Assembly (NCBI RefSeq): GCF_001194135.2
Contig: NC_068984.1
Span: forward strand, 59,880,239-59,925,230
Reading direction: 5' to 3'
DNA length: 44,992 nt
From: Octopus bimaculoides
Lineage: Eukaryota
In this document: positions 11,142 through 21,183 of the stretch, in pieces
How the letters are laid out: the number at the start of each line of letters is the position of its first letter
Numbering within the stretch: position 1 is the stretch's first letter
Translations under genes and position numbers: made by a program
Notes under the pieces: model-generated
What the model saw: only the letters and a program-made list of their open reading frames with translations
Told to the model about the DNA's origin: nothing
Database searches by the model: none

Positions 11142-11564
11142 GGTTAAAGTATGGAGAGAACTGAGTGGCAGAGTAGGTGGCAGCATGGTTATTCACATTT
11201 AGTAGGTGAGAGAGAGAAAATGATCAGTATGAGCTATGAAGAGATAGATAGTGGAGATGAGGTGTCAACACACATGAAAAAAGCATCTCTTTCAAACTGA
11301 AACAAATTATATTTTAATACTTCAAGTGACAAAGTTTTTCAAATAATATCAGCCTAGCTGCTGCTTTCTGCTATAAGTGAGTCAGTCAAAGTGGTGCTAC
11401 TGTTTCCTATAGATGGTGAAATATTTGGATCATATCGTTATCTTTTGTCATATTAAAGGTTGGAAAAGTAATATAGCGATGCCTCCAATAATGAACTTGA
11501 TGAAGACAAGATCTAATAGCTAGGAAAAAGAAAATATGCTTTGCAGTCTTTCTCTAAGTTTTTA

Positions 11565-12011
11565 TTTAACAGATGAGGGATGAAAAAGGAGAGAAGCAAT
11601 TGTGAATATGAGATAGAATAAGTTAGAGGAAAAAAGTGTTATGGAAGAGAGAGTGAGAGAAAGAAAGAAAGGTGGGAGAAGATAGAGGTGAGAAATGAGA
11701 AAGGCGAGAGGGAGTTGTGAATATGAGTTAGAAGGGAAAGTATGATGGGAGGAAGAGAGAGATGTAAGAACAGAGAGGTAGAAGAAAAGAGAGGGTGTCT
11801 GTCAACAGGTGAGAAATGAGAAAGGAAAGAAACAGTGAATATGAGCTAGAGTATGCAAGAGAGAAAGTGTGATAGAAGAAAGAGAAAAAGAGAGACAATT
11901 TGTCAACAGATGAGAAATGACGGAGAAAGGGGGAGAGAGAGACAGATGGAAGAAGAGACAGAATGAATGAGTGGTAGAAAGAGAGAAAAGAGTGATGGAT
12001 AAAGGAAGTAT

Positions 12012-12045
<34 letters not shown>
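11565..12045. repeat. Polypurine tract with degenerate ~115-bp periodicity, ending in (GA)n
   Basis: Recurring tgtcaacag(g/a)tgagaaatgagaaagg...gtgaatatgag near 11570, 11690, 11800 and 11900. Confidence 0.65.
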
Positions 12046-12049
<4 letters not shown>

Positions 12050-12699
12050 CAATCAGTTTTTCATAGATTGGGTTTTTTTTTATCAGATGATGGCAAGAGA
12101 CTGTCAAGTTATATGTAGCTATTAAATAACTGTAGCTCTTCGATCAGATAGATTTAATCTAATTTTACATTGTCTTTTAATGAACTTTATATTACCTGCT
12201 CTTTTGTTGTTGGTTTTGTTTTGCTTTGTTTTCTTCCTTTATCTTATTACACTTCTTAAGTTCTCGGCACCAAACTCCAAATGTGAAGTGATATCAAATG
12301 AATGTAATTTATCAAGAATTGTTAGGGAGCAGTGAAATATTAGACAGGTAATTTTAGTGAAAGAGGAATCATAGTAGGTTCCTCTGGAAGTAGATTTTGG
12401 CAGGAAATCTTAGTAATTATTTCATGTGTAGACAGACATCTTTGGAGATATGGTAATGTCTCCAGGCAGCCATTAACAGAAAACTTGTTAACGTCTAATA
12501 GATGCAGGCTTGGTTGCGTTATTAAGAAGTTTGCTTTGCTTCACTGCTGTGTTTTTGAGCTTGATTTCACTGTGTTATGGTGAGTTGGGTGAGTGTTTTC
12601 ATCATAATCATCATAATTTTAACGTCCATTTTTTCATGCTTACATGTGTTGGACAGAGTTTGCCACTGGATTTAGGTTTTTGGTATTGACCATATGTAA

Positions 12700-13297
12700 T
12701 GATACACTTCATGTTGGGACAGCAGCTATATGATAATTTCACAGAACGCCGATTAAATATTTTCCTGCATCTGTGAGTGGCTGGAAAGTGTTTGTCTAGG
12801 AGAGACAGGAATCTTTTACCAATGTTAGCTTTTATATCAAGGGAAAAGGGAGGAGTGAACCAGATAATTTTCCTTGGCCTATTTTTAGGTTTCATATTAT
12901 CCTGATTAATACTAGAGTGGTTATGTACAACTTTATCTTTGATGCCACTAGATCCATTATTAATATTTTGATTATTATTAGAGGAATTATATATTAATTT
13001 ATCTTTGAAGCCACTATTGGTTAGGGCCTTGTTATTATAGGGGGTAGCTTTCTTGAAAATTTTCTTTGGAAGAAGAGAGGTTAGACACTCTTACTAATAT
13101 TACTAATATCAGGTTTTTAAATATTACAGGTGGGTGACAAGACTGTTTATGTATATATGTGAGTTTCTCATTAGGCTTATGGAAAAGTTTATACAAAGAG
13201 TTTAAATATAGGGAAACATCTAAATAATCAACTATACAGAGATTAGTAGCTACTGTAATTTTAAGTTCTAATTGATTAAAGGTAGAAATTAGTTGCT
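12700..13297 (-). pseudogene. Second Penelope-like element fragment (RT thumb to linker), a different lineage from the first
   Basis: VDYLDVSL...KPNEKLTYIHKQSCHPP..FKN and [49 protein letters not shown]. Confidence 0.88.
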
Positions 13298-13351
13298 TCC
13301 TAAATCTATCAAGGGTGTGACCATCACAACCATGGGAAATACCCAAACTGT

Positions 13352-13445
13352 ATATGACAGCCTTTCTGTTTATATCTACCAAATCCAAGGTTATAATATA
13401 AGACACTTGCCCAAGGTGCTATGCCATAGGACTGAACTAAAAAAC
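13352..13445 (-). mobile_element. Family A SINE, 5' part
   Basis: tctaccaaatccaagg...gacacttgcccaaggtgc...ggactgaac. Confidence 0.7.
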
Positions 13446-13484
13446 ATGTTTTGTTGTTGTTATTATTGTTATTATTATTATTAT

Positions 13485-13670
13485 TTGCTGGGCAAAATGC
13501 TTAGTGGTATTTCACCTGTTGCTATGTTCTGAGTTCAAATTCTGCTGAGGTTGATTTTGCTTTTCATTTTTGGGGTCGATAAATTAAGTGCCAGTGAAAC
13601 TCTGAGATCTGTGCAATCGGCTATCCTCCTCCCACAAAATTTCCAGCCTTGTGCCTATAGTAGAAATGAT
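13485..13670 (+). mobile_element. tRNA-derived SINE, family B
   Basis: aaaatgcttagtggtatttc...ttctgagttcaaattctgctgaggttgattttgcttttc...ggggtcgataaattaag. Confidence 0.8.
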
Positions 13671-13689
13671 TATTATTATTATTATTATT

Positions 13690-13922
13690 ATTGAGTGAGA
13701 GAGCAGTGCATGCCATCAAAGTGACACTTGGGTAAAATATACGAAGCTCATTATACCCATCATGACTACTCATCTGATAAGGGTACACCAGGCACATGCA
13801 TCACAACCACATGTGCGCGACATGGTGTTCTCATATCAAAATAAACAGCGCATGACCTTGCAGGTGGGTCCCAGTTAAAATTTTCTTCAGGTTGAGTAGC
13901 CCATCCTGCTCAAAAGGTCCCT
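13690..13922 (+). repeat. Partial copy of an unclassified ~560-bp interspersed element
   Basis: Reverse complement of 38925-39158; flanked by (ATT)n. Confidence 0.85.
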
Positions 13923-13957
13923 TTATTATTATCATCATCATCATCATCATCATCATT

Positions 13958-13989
<32 letters not shown>

Positions 13990-14149
13990 TATATCTTCAG
14001 ACATGATCTATCCTTCATCAGTTGCCAACCAAATATCATCACAATTTCAACATTTTCTTATAATATTGTTCATTTTAGTGGTGTTAGCTACATATACTGC
14101 TTGAGTATAAATGAGCAGGCATGATAGATGGACACAAACAAAAGTAATT

Positions 14150-14400
14150 AGATAAATGCAATAACAAGAAAAGAAGAAGCCTTTAGACTAAAAGATAAAA
14201 AGAAGTTATGAGAGGGTGAAAAAACATATAAAGTAAAAGAAGCAAAAAGAACAGTAACAAAAGAAGGACAGTAACAGAGAGGTGTTTGTATACTGAGAAT
14301 GTGCTTCGGCTATGCAACAAAAATAAGACATATCTTGGCGCTGACAAATGCCTTGTAAGTGAAATCAGTAGAGAGAATATATAAGGAAGTTTTGTTACCT
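14150..14400 (+). pseudogene. Possible highly decayed RTE ORF2 linker remnant
   Basis: Lys/Arg-rich purine segment resembling the KKxAF..AKKEAKR..EVF..EKC region; heavily mutated. Confidence 0.3.
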
Positions 14401-14770
14401 CATACCATTCATACAGACGGGGTAGTTGTTTGCACTTCTCTGTGAAAGCATGTCCAGGTTGTTCATTGATAGACAGGTAGATTATTACTTCACTCGGAAG
14501 TAGGTGGGTGTTGGCATCAGGTAAAGCTATAAAAAACTTTGTCTCAAAATAGTCTTATCTGACTCATGCAAGCATGGAAAAGATGTTCAAGCATACATAT
14601 ATGTTGGGTATGTTCCTAGTAGTAAACTTTTGAAATATGTTCACTGCCTATGGCTACATCATCCATGGTGTTAATACAATTAACACCATGGATGACAGTG
14701 GATCTACATCGGGGATTCCTCAGTGTACATTGAGTATATAACAAATGATAGAGATGGAATATATGAGTAA

Positions 14771-14890
14771 CTTTATTGCTTATAACAATTGTTTCGATGC
14801 ATCCTGCATTGATTGATCCTTCGTGGGTGGGATGCTGTACAACTGGTTGTGGTACATTCCTCGGTGCAGACGCATCTCCTCAGGGGATGT
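14771..14890 (-). ncRNA. Hammerhead ribozyme-like motif (PLE/retrozyme type) followed by AATAAA
   Basis: Minus strand reads CUGAGGA (14883-14877), stem II GAUGCGUCUGCA/UGCA(G)GAUGCAUC, GAAA (14795-14792), palindromic stem III ACAAUUGU, then AATAAA. Stem I pairing is poor. Confidence 0.6.
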
Positions 14891-15009
14891 TGTAAGGGGT
14901 ATCTCGTTAAATAAATTCTGTCTGCCTCCTGGCATTACCAGCCTAGTTGTATTTTATGTATTTTAACCATGCTGGGTCAGGCCACTAGTTGACTGGTATA
15001 TTAAGCCAC

Positions 15010-15452
15010 ATCATCATCATCATCACCATTTAATGTCTGCTTTCCATTCTGGCATAGGTTGGACAGTTTGATTGAGGACTGGCAAGCCAGGACGCTGCAC
15101 CTGGCTGCAATCTGATCTGGCACAGTTTCTACACCTGGATACTCTTTCTAACGCCAACCACTCCGAGAGTGTAGCGGGTGCTTTTTATGTGCCACCGGCA
15201 CAGGAGCCAGTCAGTTGGCACTGACATCGACCATGCTCGAATTATGCTTTTTGCATTTCACCGGCATTGGCATCATTGACCACGCTTGTATGGTGCATTT
15301 TACATGCCACCGACACGGGAGCCAGTCAGGCAGCACTGGCATCGATCATGCTTGTATGGTGCTTTTTGCATGCTATTAGCATGGGTGCCAGTCAGGCGGT
15401 ACTGGCATCAGCCATGACAATGATTTCATTTGACTCAACAGGTCTTCTCAAC
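15010..15452 (-). mobile_element. 5'-truncated RTE 3' tail with about 4 internal repeat units
   Basis: (CAT)n tail motif, repeated gccagtcagg..cactggcatcg units, ending tgatttcatttgactcaacaggtcttctca. Confidence 0.82.
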
Positions 15453-16094
15453 TCATTACAAATGTGCTGCAGAACTATCATGCAATCTTCTTGTGAGTTT
15501 AGATTGTTGACTAATCCAACTCCTGAGTGGAGAAATTGTCTTCTCCTATTACACTTCACTTTCATACATACAATGCACTTATTATAGTCTGTCAAATTCA
15601 TTCTGAAGGTGTTGCTTGTCCCAGGGTTATAATAGACAGTGCCATGAAGTGGGACTGAACTTGAAACAAAATTGTTGCGAAACAAACTTCTGAATCACAC
15701 AGCCATATATGAATATAGTTAAACATTTAAAATGGATGTTTTTATTTTTTTTATTTGATTATTTATTTAAATATTATTTCTGATTTTTGTTTCCATACCT
15801 TTTTTTTAAGATTATTTATCTTTTTTTTATCTTAGTTTTTTTTTTGTCTTAATCTTTCAACATAAATCGTGTTAAACTTGTAATCTGAAGGTTTTTAGCA
15901 TGGCAAAAACAAAAAAAACCCAACAATCAAACAAAACAATAAAAATGCAAACGAAATAAAAAATAAAAATGTAGAATCAAAAATCAAAATAATCAAACTT
16001 TACTGATTTTATTAAAATTTTTTTTTTGTATTTTACATTTAATTTTCACTTTTTGTTTTCTTTTTGTTCATTTAAAAAAAATGTTATTGGGAAA

Positions 16095-16620
16095 GTTATG
16101 GTGGTGGTGATGTATATAGCTTAATGTGGTAATGGATGTGGTGGTGGTGGATGTATTGGTGGTAATAGTGTATATGGAAGATGTGACGACAGTGGTGGAT
16201 GTAAAGGTGGCAGTGGTGGATATAGTGGTGTTGGTGGCTGCGATGGTGGTGGTGGTGTATGTGGTGGTGATGGTGATGGTTGTGATGATGGGGCTGGTGT
16301 CTTTATTCAGTCAACAGTCATAATGATAATGGATGCAGTGCTGCTGCTGCTGGTGTTGGTGATAGTGGGGATCGTGGTTTCAAGCGGTGGTAATGGATGT
16401 GGTGGCGATGGAGATGGTTGTTGTGGTGCTGGTGTTTTTGATGGTGGTGGTCGTGGTGGTAGTTGTAATGGTGGTGTTCGTAATGGCAGTGATAGTGTTA
16501 TTTAATGTGGTGGTGGTGGTGGTGGTGTGCTTGTGATGGTGATGTTAATGATGGTTGTAGTGGTGATGGATTGTGGCTCCACCCGCCCATAGTGTTTGTG
16601 GTGGGTGGTGATGGATTAGT
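16095..16620. repeat. Degenerate (GTG)n/(GAT)n trinucleotide low-complexity tract
   Basis: Read directly; source of the Val/Gly-rich pseudo-ORFs. Confidence 0.9.
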
Positions 16621-16946
16621 AAATCTGCTGTTTATTGTGGTGGTGATAATGTGGATCATAGGTCTTATTTTTCAATCTTATTATTTCTTGTCTTTCCATA
16701 TTTTTCTTTCTTCTAATTGCATCTGTTCATCTGTTGGTGGAAGAGTTTTTAAGTTTGGATTACTTAACAAGAAATGACAGCAAAATACATTGTCTAGTTA
16801 TCTAAATGTGTGCATATATGTAATGTTTTCTGTGTTTTTTTTCTTCTGTAAGCATGTATTGTGTGTGCATTGTATGTATGTGTGTACACATGTGCATATA
16901 TATATAGTTATACATATATATATATGTCTGTATATGTATATATGTA

Positions 16947-17001
<55 letters not shown>

Positions 17002-17827
17002 NNNNNNNNNNNNNNNNNNNNNNNNNNNNNNNNNNNNNNNNNNNNNNNNNNNNNNNNNNNNNNNNNNNNNNNNNNNNNNNNNNNNNNNNNNNNNNNNNNN
17101 NNNNNNNNNNNNNNNNNNNNNNNNNNNNNNNNNNNNNNNNNNNNNNNNNNNNNNNNNNNNNNNNNNNNNNNNNNNNNNNNNNNNNNNNNNNNNNNNNNNN
17201 NNNNNNNNNNNNNNNNNNNNNNNNNNNNNNNNNNNNNNNNNNNNNNNNNNNNNNNNNNNNNNNNNNNNNNNNNNNNNNNNNNNNNNNNNNNNNNNNNNNN
17301 NNNNNNNNNNNNNNNNNNNNNNNNNNNNNNNNNNNNNNNNNNNNNNNNNNNNNNNNNNNNNNNNNNNNNNNNNNNNNNNNNNNNNNNNNNNNNNNNNNNN
17401 NNNNNNNNNNNNNNNNNNNNNNNNNNNNNNNNNNNNNNNNNNNNNNNNNNNNNNNNNNNNNNNNNNNNNNNNNNNNNNNNNNNNNNNNNNNNNNNNNNNN
17501 NNNNNNNNNNNNNNNNNNNNNNNNNNNNNNNNNNNNNNNNNNNNNNNNNNNNNNNNNNNNNNNNNNNNNNNNNNNNNNNNNNNNNNNNNNNNNNNNNNNN
17601 NNNNNNNNNNNNNNNNNNNNNNNNNNNNNNNNNNNNNNNNNNNNNNNNNNNNNNNNNNNNNNNNNNNNNNNNNNNNNNNNNNNNNNNNNNNNNNNNNNNN
17701 NNNNNNNNNNNNNNNNNNNNNNNNNNNNNNNNNNNNNNNNNNNNNNNNNNNNNNNNNNNNNNNTGGCCTACCATTAAATTTGTTTCTTGATAACTTTCTG
17801 AGAAGTCTTTTATCTTCTATTTTTTTT

Positions 17828-18210
17828 ACTTCTTTCAATCATTTGACTGTGGCCATCTTGGGGCACCAACTTGAAGAATTATTTTAGTTGAATGAATCGA
17901 CTTCCAGTACTTATTATTTTCTTTTCAAAGCTGGGTTCTTATTCTATCAGTCCATTTTTGCCGAACTGCTACATTATGAGGATATAAATACACCAACAAC
18001 TGGTTGTCAAGTGGTGATGGGAGACAAACACAGACACACACACACACATACATGCACATACATACACACACACACACACAGACATACACACATACGCACA
18101 GACATACACACAGACACACACATACACACATGTGTATACAACAGGCTTCATTGAGTTACCGTCTGCCAAATCCACTCACAAGACTGGTCAGCCCAAGGCT
18201 ATGATAGAAG
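17828..18210 (-). mobile_element. Family A SINE
   Basis: Collinear with 18503-18895; internal (CA)n. Confidence 0.8.
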
Positions 18211-18334
18211 ACACTTGTGTTTTATCAACTTCCTGGAGATACTCAACTCTGCTTTCTCCACTTTGGAGAGGGAGGAAACACAATACATACTATATGGTAG
18301 TTAGTCTGGCTTTCTACTGTTTCATTCTGCTGCC

Positions 18335-18500
18335 ATCATGATCATCATACGTCCATTTTTCCATGCTGGCATGGGTTGGATAGTTTGATTAGTTGGTGCT
18401 GGCTAGCTAGAGGACTGCACCAAGCTCTTCTGTCTGCTTTGGTATGGTTTCTATGCCAGGATGCCCTTCCTAATGCCAACCACTTTACTGAGTGTACTTT
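18335..18500 (-). mobile_element. Diverged RTE 3' tail
   Basis: catcat..ccatgctggcatgggttgga...ggatgcccttcctaatgccaaccac. Confidence 0.75.
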
Positions 18501-18502
18501 CT

Positions 18503-18895
18503 TTTATTCTTTTATTTGTTTCAGTTATTTGACTGCCGCTGTGCTGGAACACTGCATTGAGGGATTTCAGTCAAACAAATTGACCCCAGGACTTATTCTT
18601 TGTAAGCCTAGTACTTATTCTATCAGTCTCTTTTGCTGAACTGCTAAGTTATGGGTATGTAAACACACCAATACCAGTTGTCAAGCAGTGATCGAGGGAC
18701 AAATACAGGCGCACGCACACACACACACACACACACACATGACAGGCTTCTTTCAATTTTAGTCTACCAAATCCACTAACAAGACTTTGGTTGACCCGAG
18801 ATTATAGTAGAAGATACTTGCCCAAGTTGCCACACAGTGGGACTGAACCCAGAACCATGTGGTTGGGAAGCAAGCTTCCTACCACACAGCTACAC
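18503..18895 (-). mobile_element. Family A SINE, full length
   Basis: All modules present, with head gtggctgtgtggtagg... and B-box-like gggttcagtccc on the minus strand. Confidence 0.88.
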
Positions 18896-19564
18896 TTGCA
18901 CCTGTACTGAGTACTTTGTATGTGGCACCAACACTAGTGAGTTCACCATGTAACGTGCAAAACAAAAATAAAAGCTACTCAACTGAGAGAGGGAGTGGTA
19001 TAGAGGGAGCTGGCTTTGTGCCAGGTGATGAGAGGTTAAGCTATGATAGAGAGACAGAAACTGGTGTCTTGCTGTAGTGGAGATACATAGTGACCCTAGT
19101 CAGAAGAGAGAGAGGAAGGGTATAGTGGTGACGATGTGCCAGGGCATACCCACCCTCAAGTAACAAAAAGGTGAATGTAAGTGGAGTGGTAAAAAGAATT
19201 GGGAGGTTAGGGGAGAAAAGTGTGTGTGTGGGGGAGTCATTGAGTGATGAAAATGGGTGCACAGGAGAGCAGCAGGATAGCAATGATACAATTGGAGGGA
19301 TAAGAGCAGGTGAGAGAGAGGGATCACAAAGCAACATTGGGGAGCAGGGGATGAAAGAGGGAGTAGTGAATGATGAGATGTAATTTGGTTGATTGGCAGC
19401 AGTGGGGAGAAGATTAATGTAATATGTGGTGGAAATTAGCTGGAAATTAGTTTTCTTTGCCAACTACCAAAAAACATTGATGACTGGGCTACTCTTTTCA
19501 GTTAAGTCGTGTTCATGAAGTAGGTTTGTTGTTATCCCAACAGCTGCTGATGTTGTTGTTGCTG

Positions 19565-19730
19565 TCATTTAGCCTCAGGTCATCCCTGATTGACCAAGTC
19601 TATGATCAAAGACACTCCAACTATGATCAGAAGTATTCCAACCATGATCAAAGGAATTTCAGTAGTGACTCTTTCCATCTTTTTTTTTTTGTTTTTTGAT
19701 AGTTAAGGTATATAGGACTACATTATATAC
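19565..19730. repeat. Unclassified interspersed repeat (family E) with a local 21-bp triplication
   Basis: tttagcctcaggtcatccctgat..tatgatcaaag x3. Related pieces at ~5385-5440, 20435-20520, 27055-27120, 32395-32600 and 36490-36600. Confidence 0.65.
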
Positions 19731-19737
19731 ATAGTTT

Positions 19738-19955
19738 GGTGGTGAGCTGGCAGAAACGTTAGCACACCCGGCGAAATGCTTAGCGGTATTTCATCTGTCT
19801 TTATGTTCTGAGTTCAAATTCTGCTGAGGTCGACTTTGTCTTTCATCCTTTCGGGGTCGATAAATTAAGTACCAGTTGCGTACTGGGGTCGATTTAATTG
19901 ACTGGTCCCCTCCCCAAAAATGTTGGGCCTTGTGCGTAGAGTAGAAAAGAATATT
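19738..19955 (+). mobile_element. tRNA-derived SINE, family B, full length
   Basis: A-box-like tggcagaaacgtt, B-box gagttcaaatt, body gaggtcgactttgtctttcatcctttcggggtcgataaattaagtaccag. Confidence 0.88.
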
Positions 19956-19987
19956 ATTAAACTTGGATCCATAAAATATTTAAAGAA

Positions 19988-20370
19988 GTGGAAGTGCAAT
20001 GGCCCAGTGGTTAGGGCAGTGGACTCGCGGTCATAGGATTGCAGTTTCGATTCCCAGACCGGGCATTGTGAGTGTTTATTGAGCGAAAATACCTAAAGTT
20101 CCGCGAGGCTCCGGCAGGGGATGGTGGCGAACCCTGCTGTGCTCTTTCACCACAACTTTCTCTCACTCTTTCTTCCTGTTTCTGTTGTACCTGTATTTCA
20201 AAGGGACAGCCTTGTCACACTCTGTGTCATGCTGAATCTCCCCAAGAACTACATTAAGGGTACATGTGTCTGTGGAGTGCTCAGCTACTTGCACGTTAAT
20301 TTCACGAGCAGGCTGTTCCGTTGATCGGATCAACTGGAACCCTTGTCGTTGTAACTGACGGAGTGCCAAC
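19988..20370 (+). mobile_element. tRNA-derived SINE, family C, full length
   Basis: A box tggcccagtggtt (20000-20012), B box gtttcgattccc (20044-20055). Second copy at 7641-7935. Confidence 0.9.
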
Positions 20371-20745
20371 CACCATATACATAGTTTATATATAACATAG
20401 TGTATATAGGACAACTTTATCTGATACATCCTTCCTTTTTTTTTTAAGACTACATGGTGTTATTTAAGGGAAACTTCACTGCTATATCTAGCAAGTCAAG
20501 TAACTGTGTAGAAGTCAACTGGTTGAACCCTAAGAGGTTTATAAATTTCTGCGATAAGTGCAGATAAGTGTCAACTGAAAGAGGAATAATTTGAAGCTGA
20601 TCATCAGTACTGTATTGAGTATGTGGGGCAAATAATTATGAAATGGGTAAGTCCACTTCTCTCAAATAGGTAGAACATGGTAGGAAACCTCTCACCATTA
20701 TGAGCTGTCACTTGTAAGACTAACTTCTCACAAAAGCAGAAGGCC

Positions 20746-20972
20746 TTAACCTGTTAGCATTTAAACCAGCCGTACCCAGCCAAAATATTCTACCTGCTTT
20801 ATATTCTAACTGGTCAAATCTGGTCTCTTACACCCACTTTACAATGTCATTCTCAAAATAAACTACCACATCATTAACCTCTTGAAGCTACAAAATAATT
20901 CATAATCAATTCAAAGCAATGTGAATAAATAAGATTACATTTAGCAGAATAATCTGAATACTAAAGGGCTAA
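20746..20972. mobile_element. piggyBac-type MITE, inverted relative to the 3.9/4.2-kb copies
   Basis: ttaacctgttagcattt ... aatactaaagggctaa; body is the reverse complement of 4177-4405. Confidence 0.75.
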
Positions 20973-20994
20973 ATTTGGGAGATGGCAAGGACTC

Positions 20995-21172
20995 TTACTC
21001 TTTCACATGTTTCAGTCATTAGACTGTTACCATCCAGTGACATTGTCTTGAAGGGTTTTAGTTGATCAACTTCAGTACTCATTTTTAGGTCTTGTATTTA
21101 TCTTAGTGTTCACTGTTTGTTGCACTGCTAAGTTACAGGATATAAACAGATACTACTTTTTCAAGTGATGTC
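20995..21172 (-). mobile_element. Old family A SINE, 3' half (split by the Tigger element)
   Basis: tactctttcacatgtttcagtcatt...gctaagttacaggatataaac...tcaagtgatg; continues at 23270. Confidence 0.7.
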
Positions 21173-21183
21173 ATTTCCATATA

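Noticed and set aside
16126-16777. Val/Gly/Trp-rich ORFs, and the IY/HT/VC-repeat ORFs elsewhere
   Set aside because: Translations of trinucleotide and dinucleotide simple repeats.
19041-19463. 140-aa Pro/Ser/Leu-rich minus-strand ORF
   Set aside because: Complement of a purine-rich low-complexity tract, with no domain signal.
19988-20065. tRNA gene (also 41265-41340 and 19738-19820)
   Set aside because: A and B boxes are present, but I could not close a cloverleaf and each continues into a repeated body. These are SINE heads.
20610-20653. 39-bp in-frame micro-exon (YCIEYVGQIIMKW) before GTAAGT
   Set aside because: Good donor, but the acceptor lacks a pyrimidine tract. Expected by chance in 45 kb.
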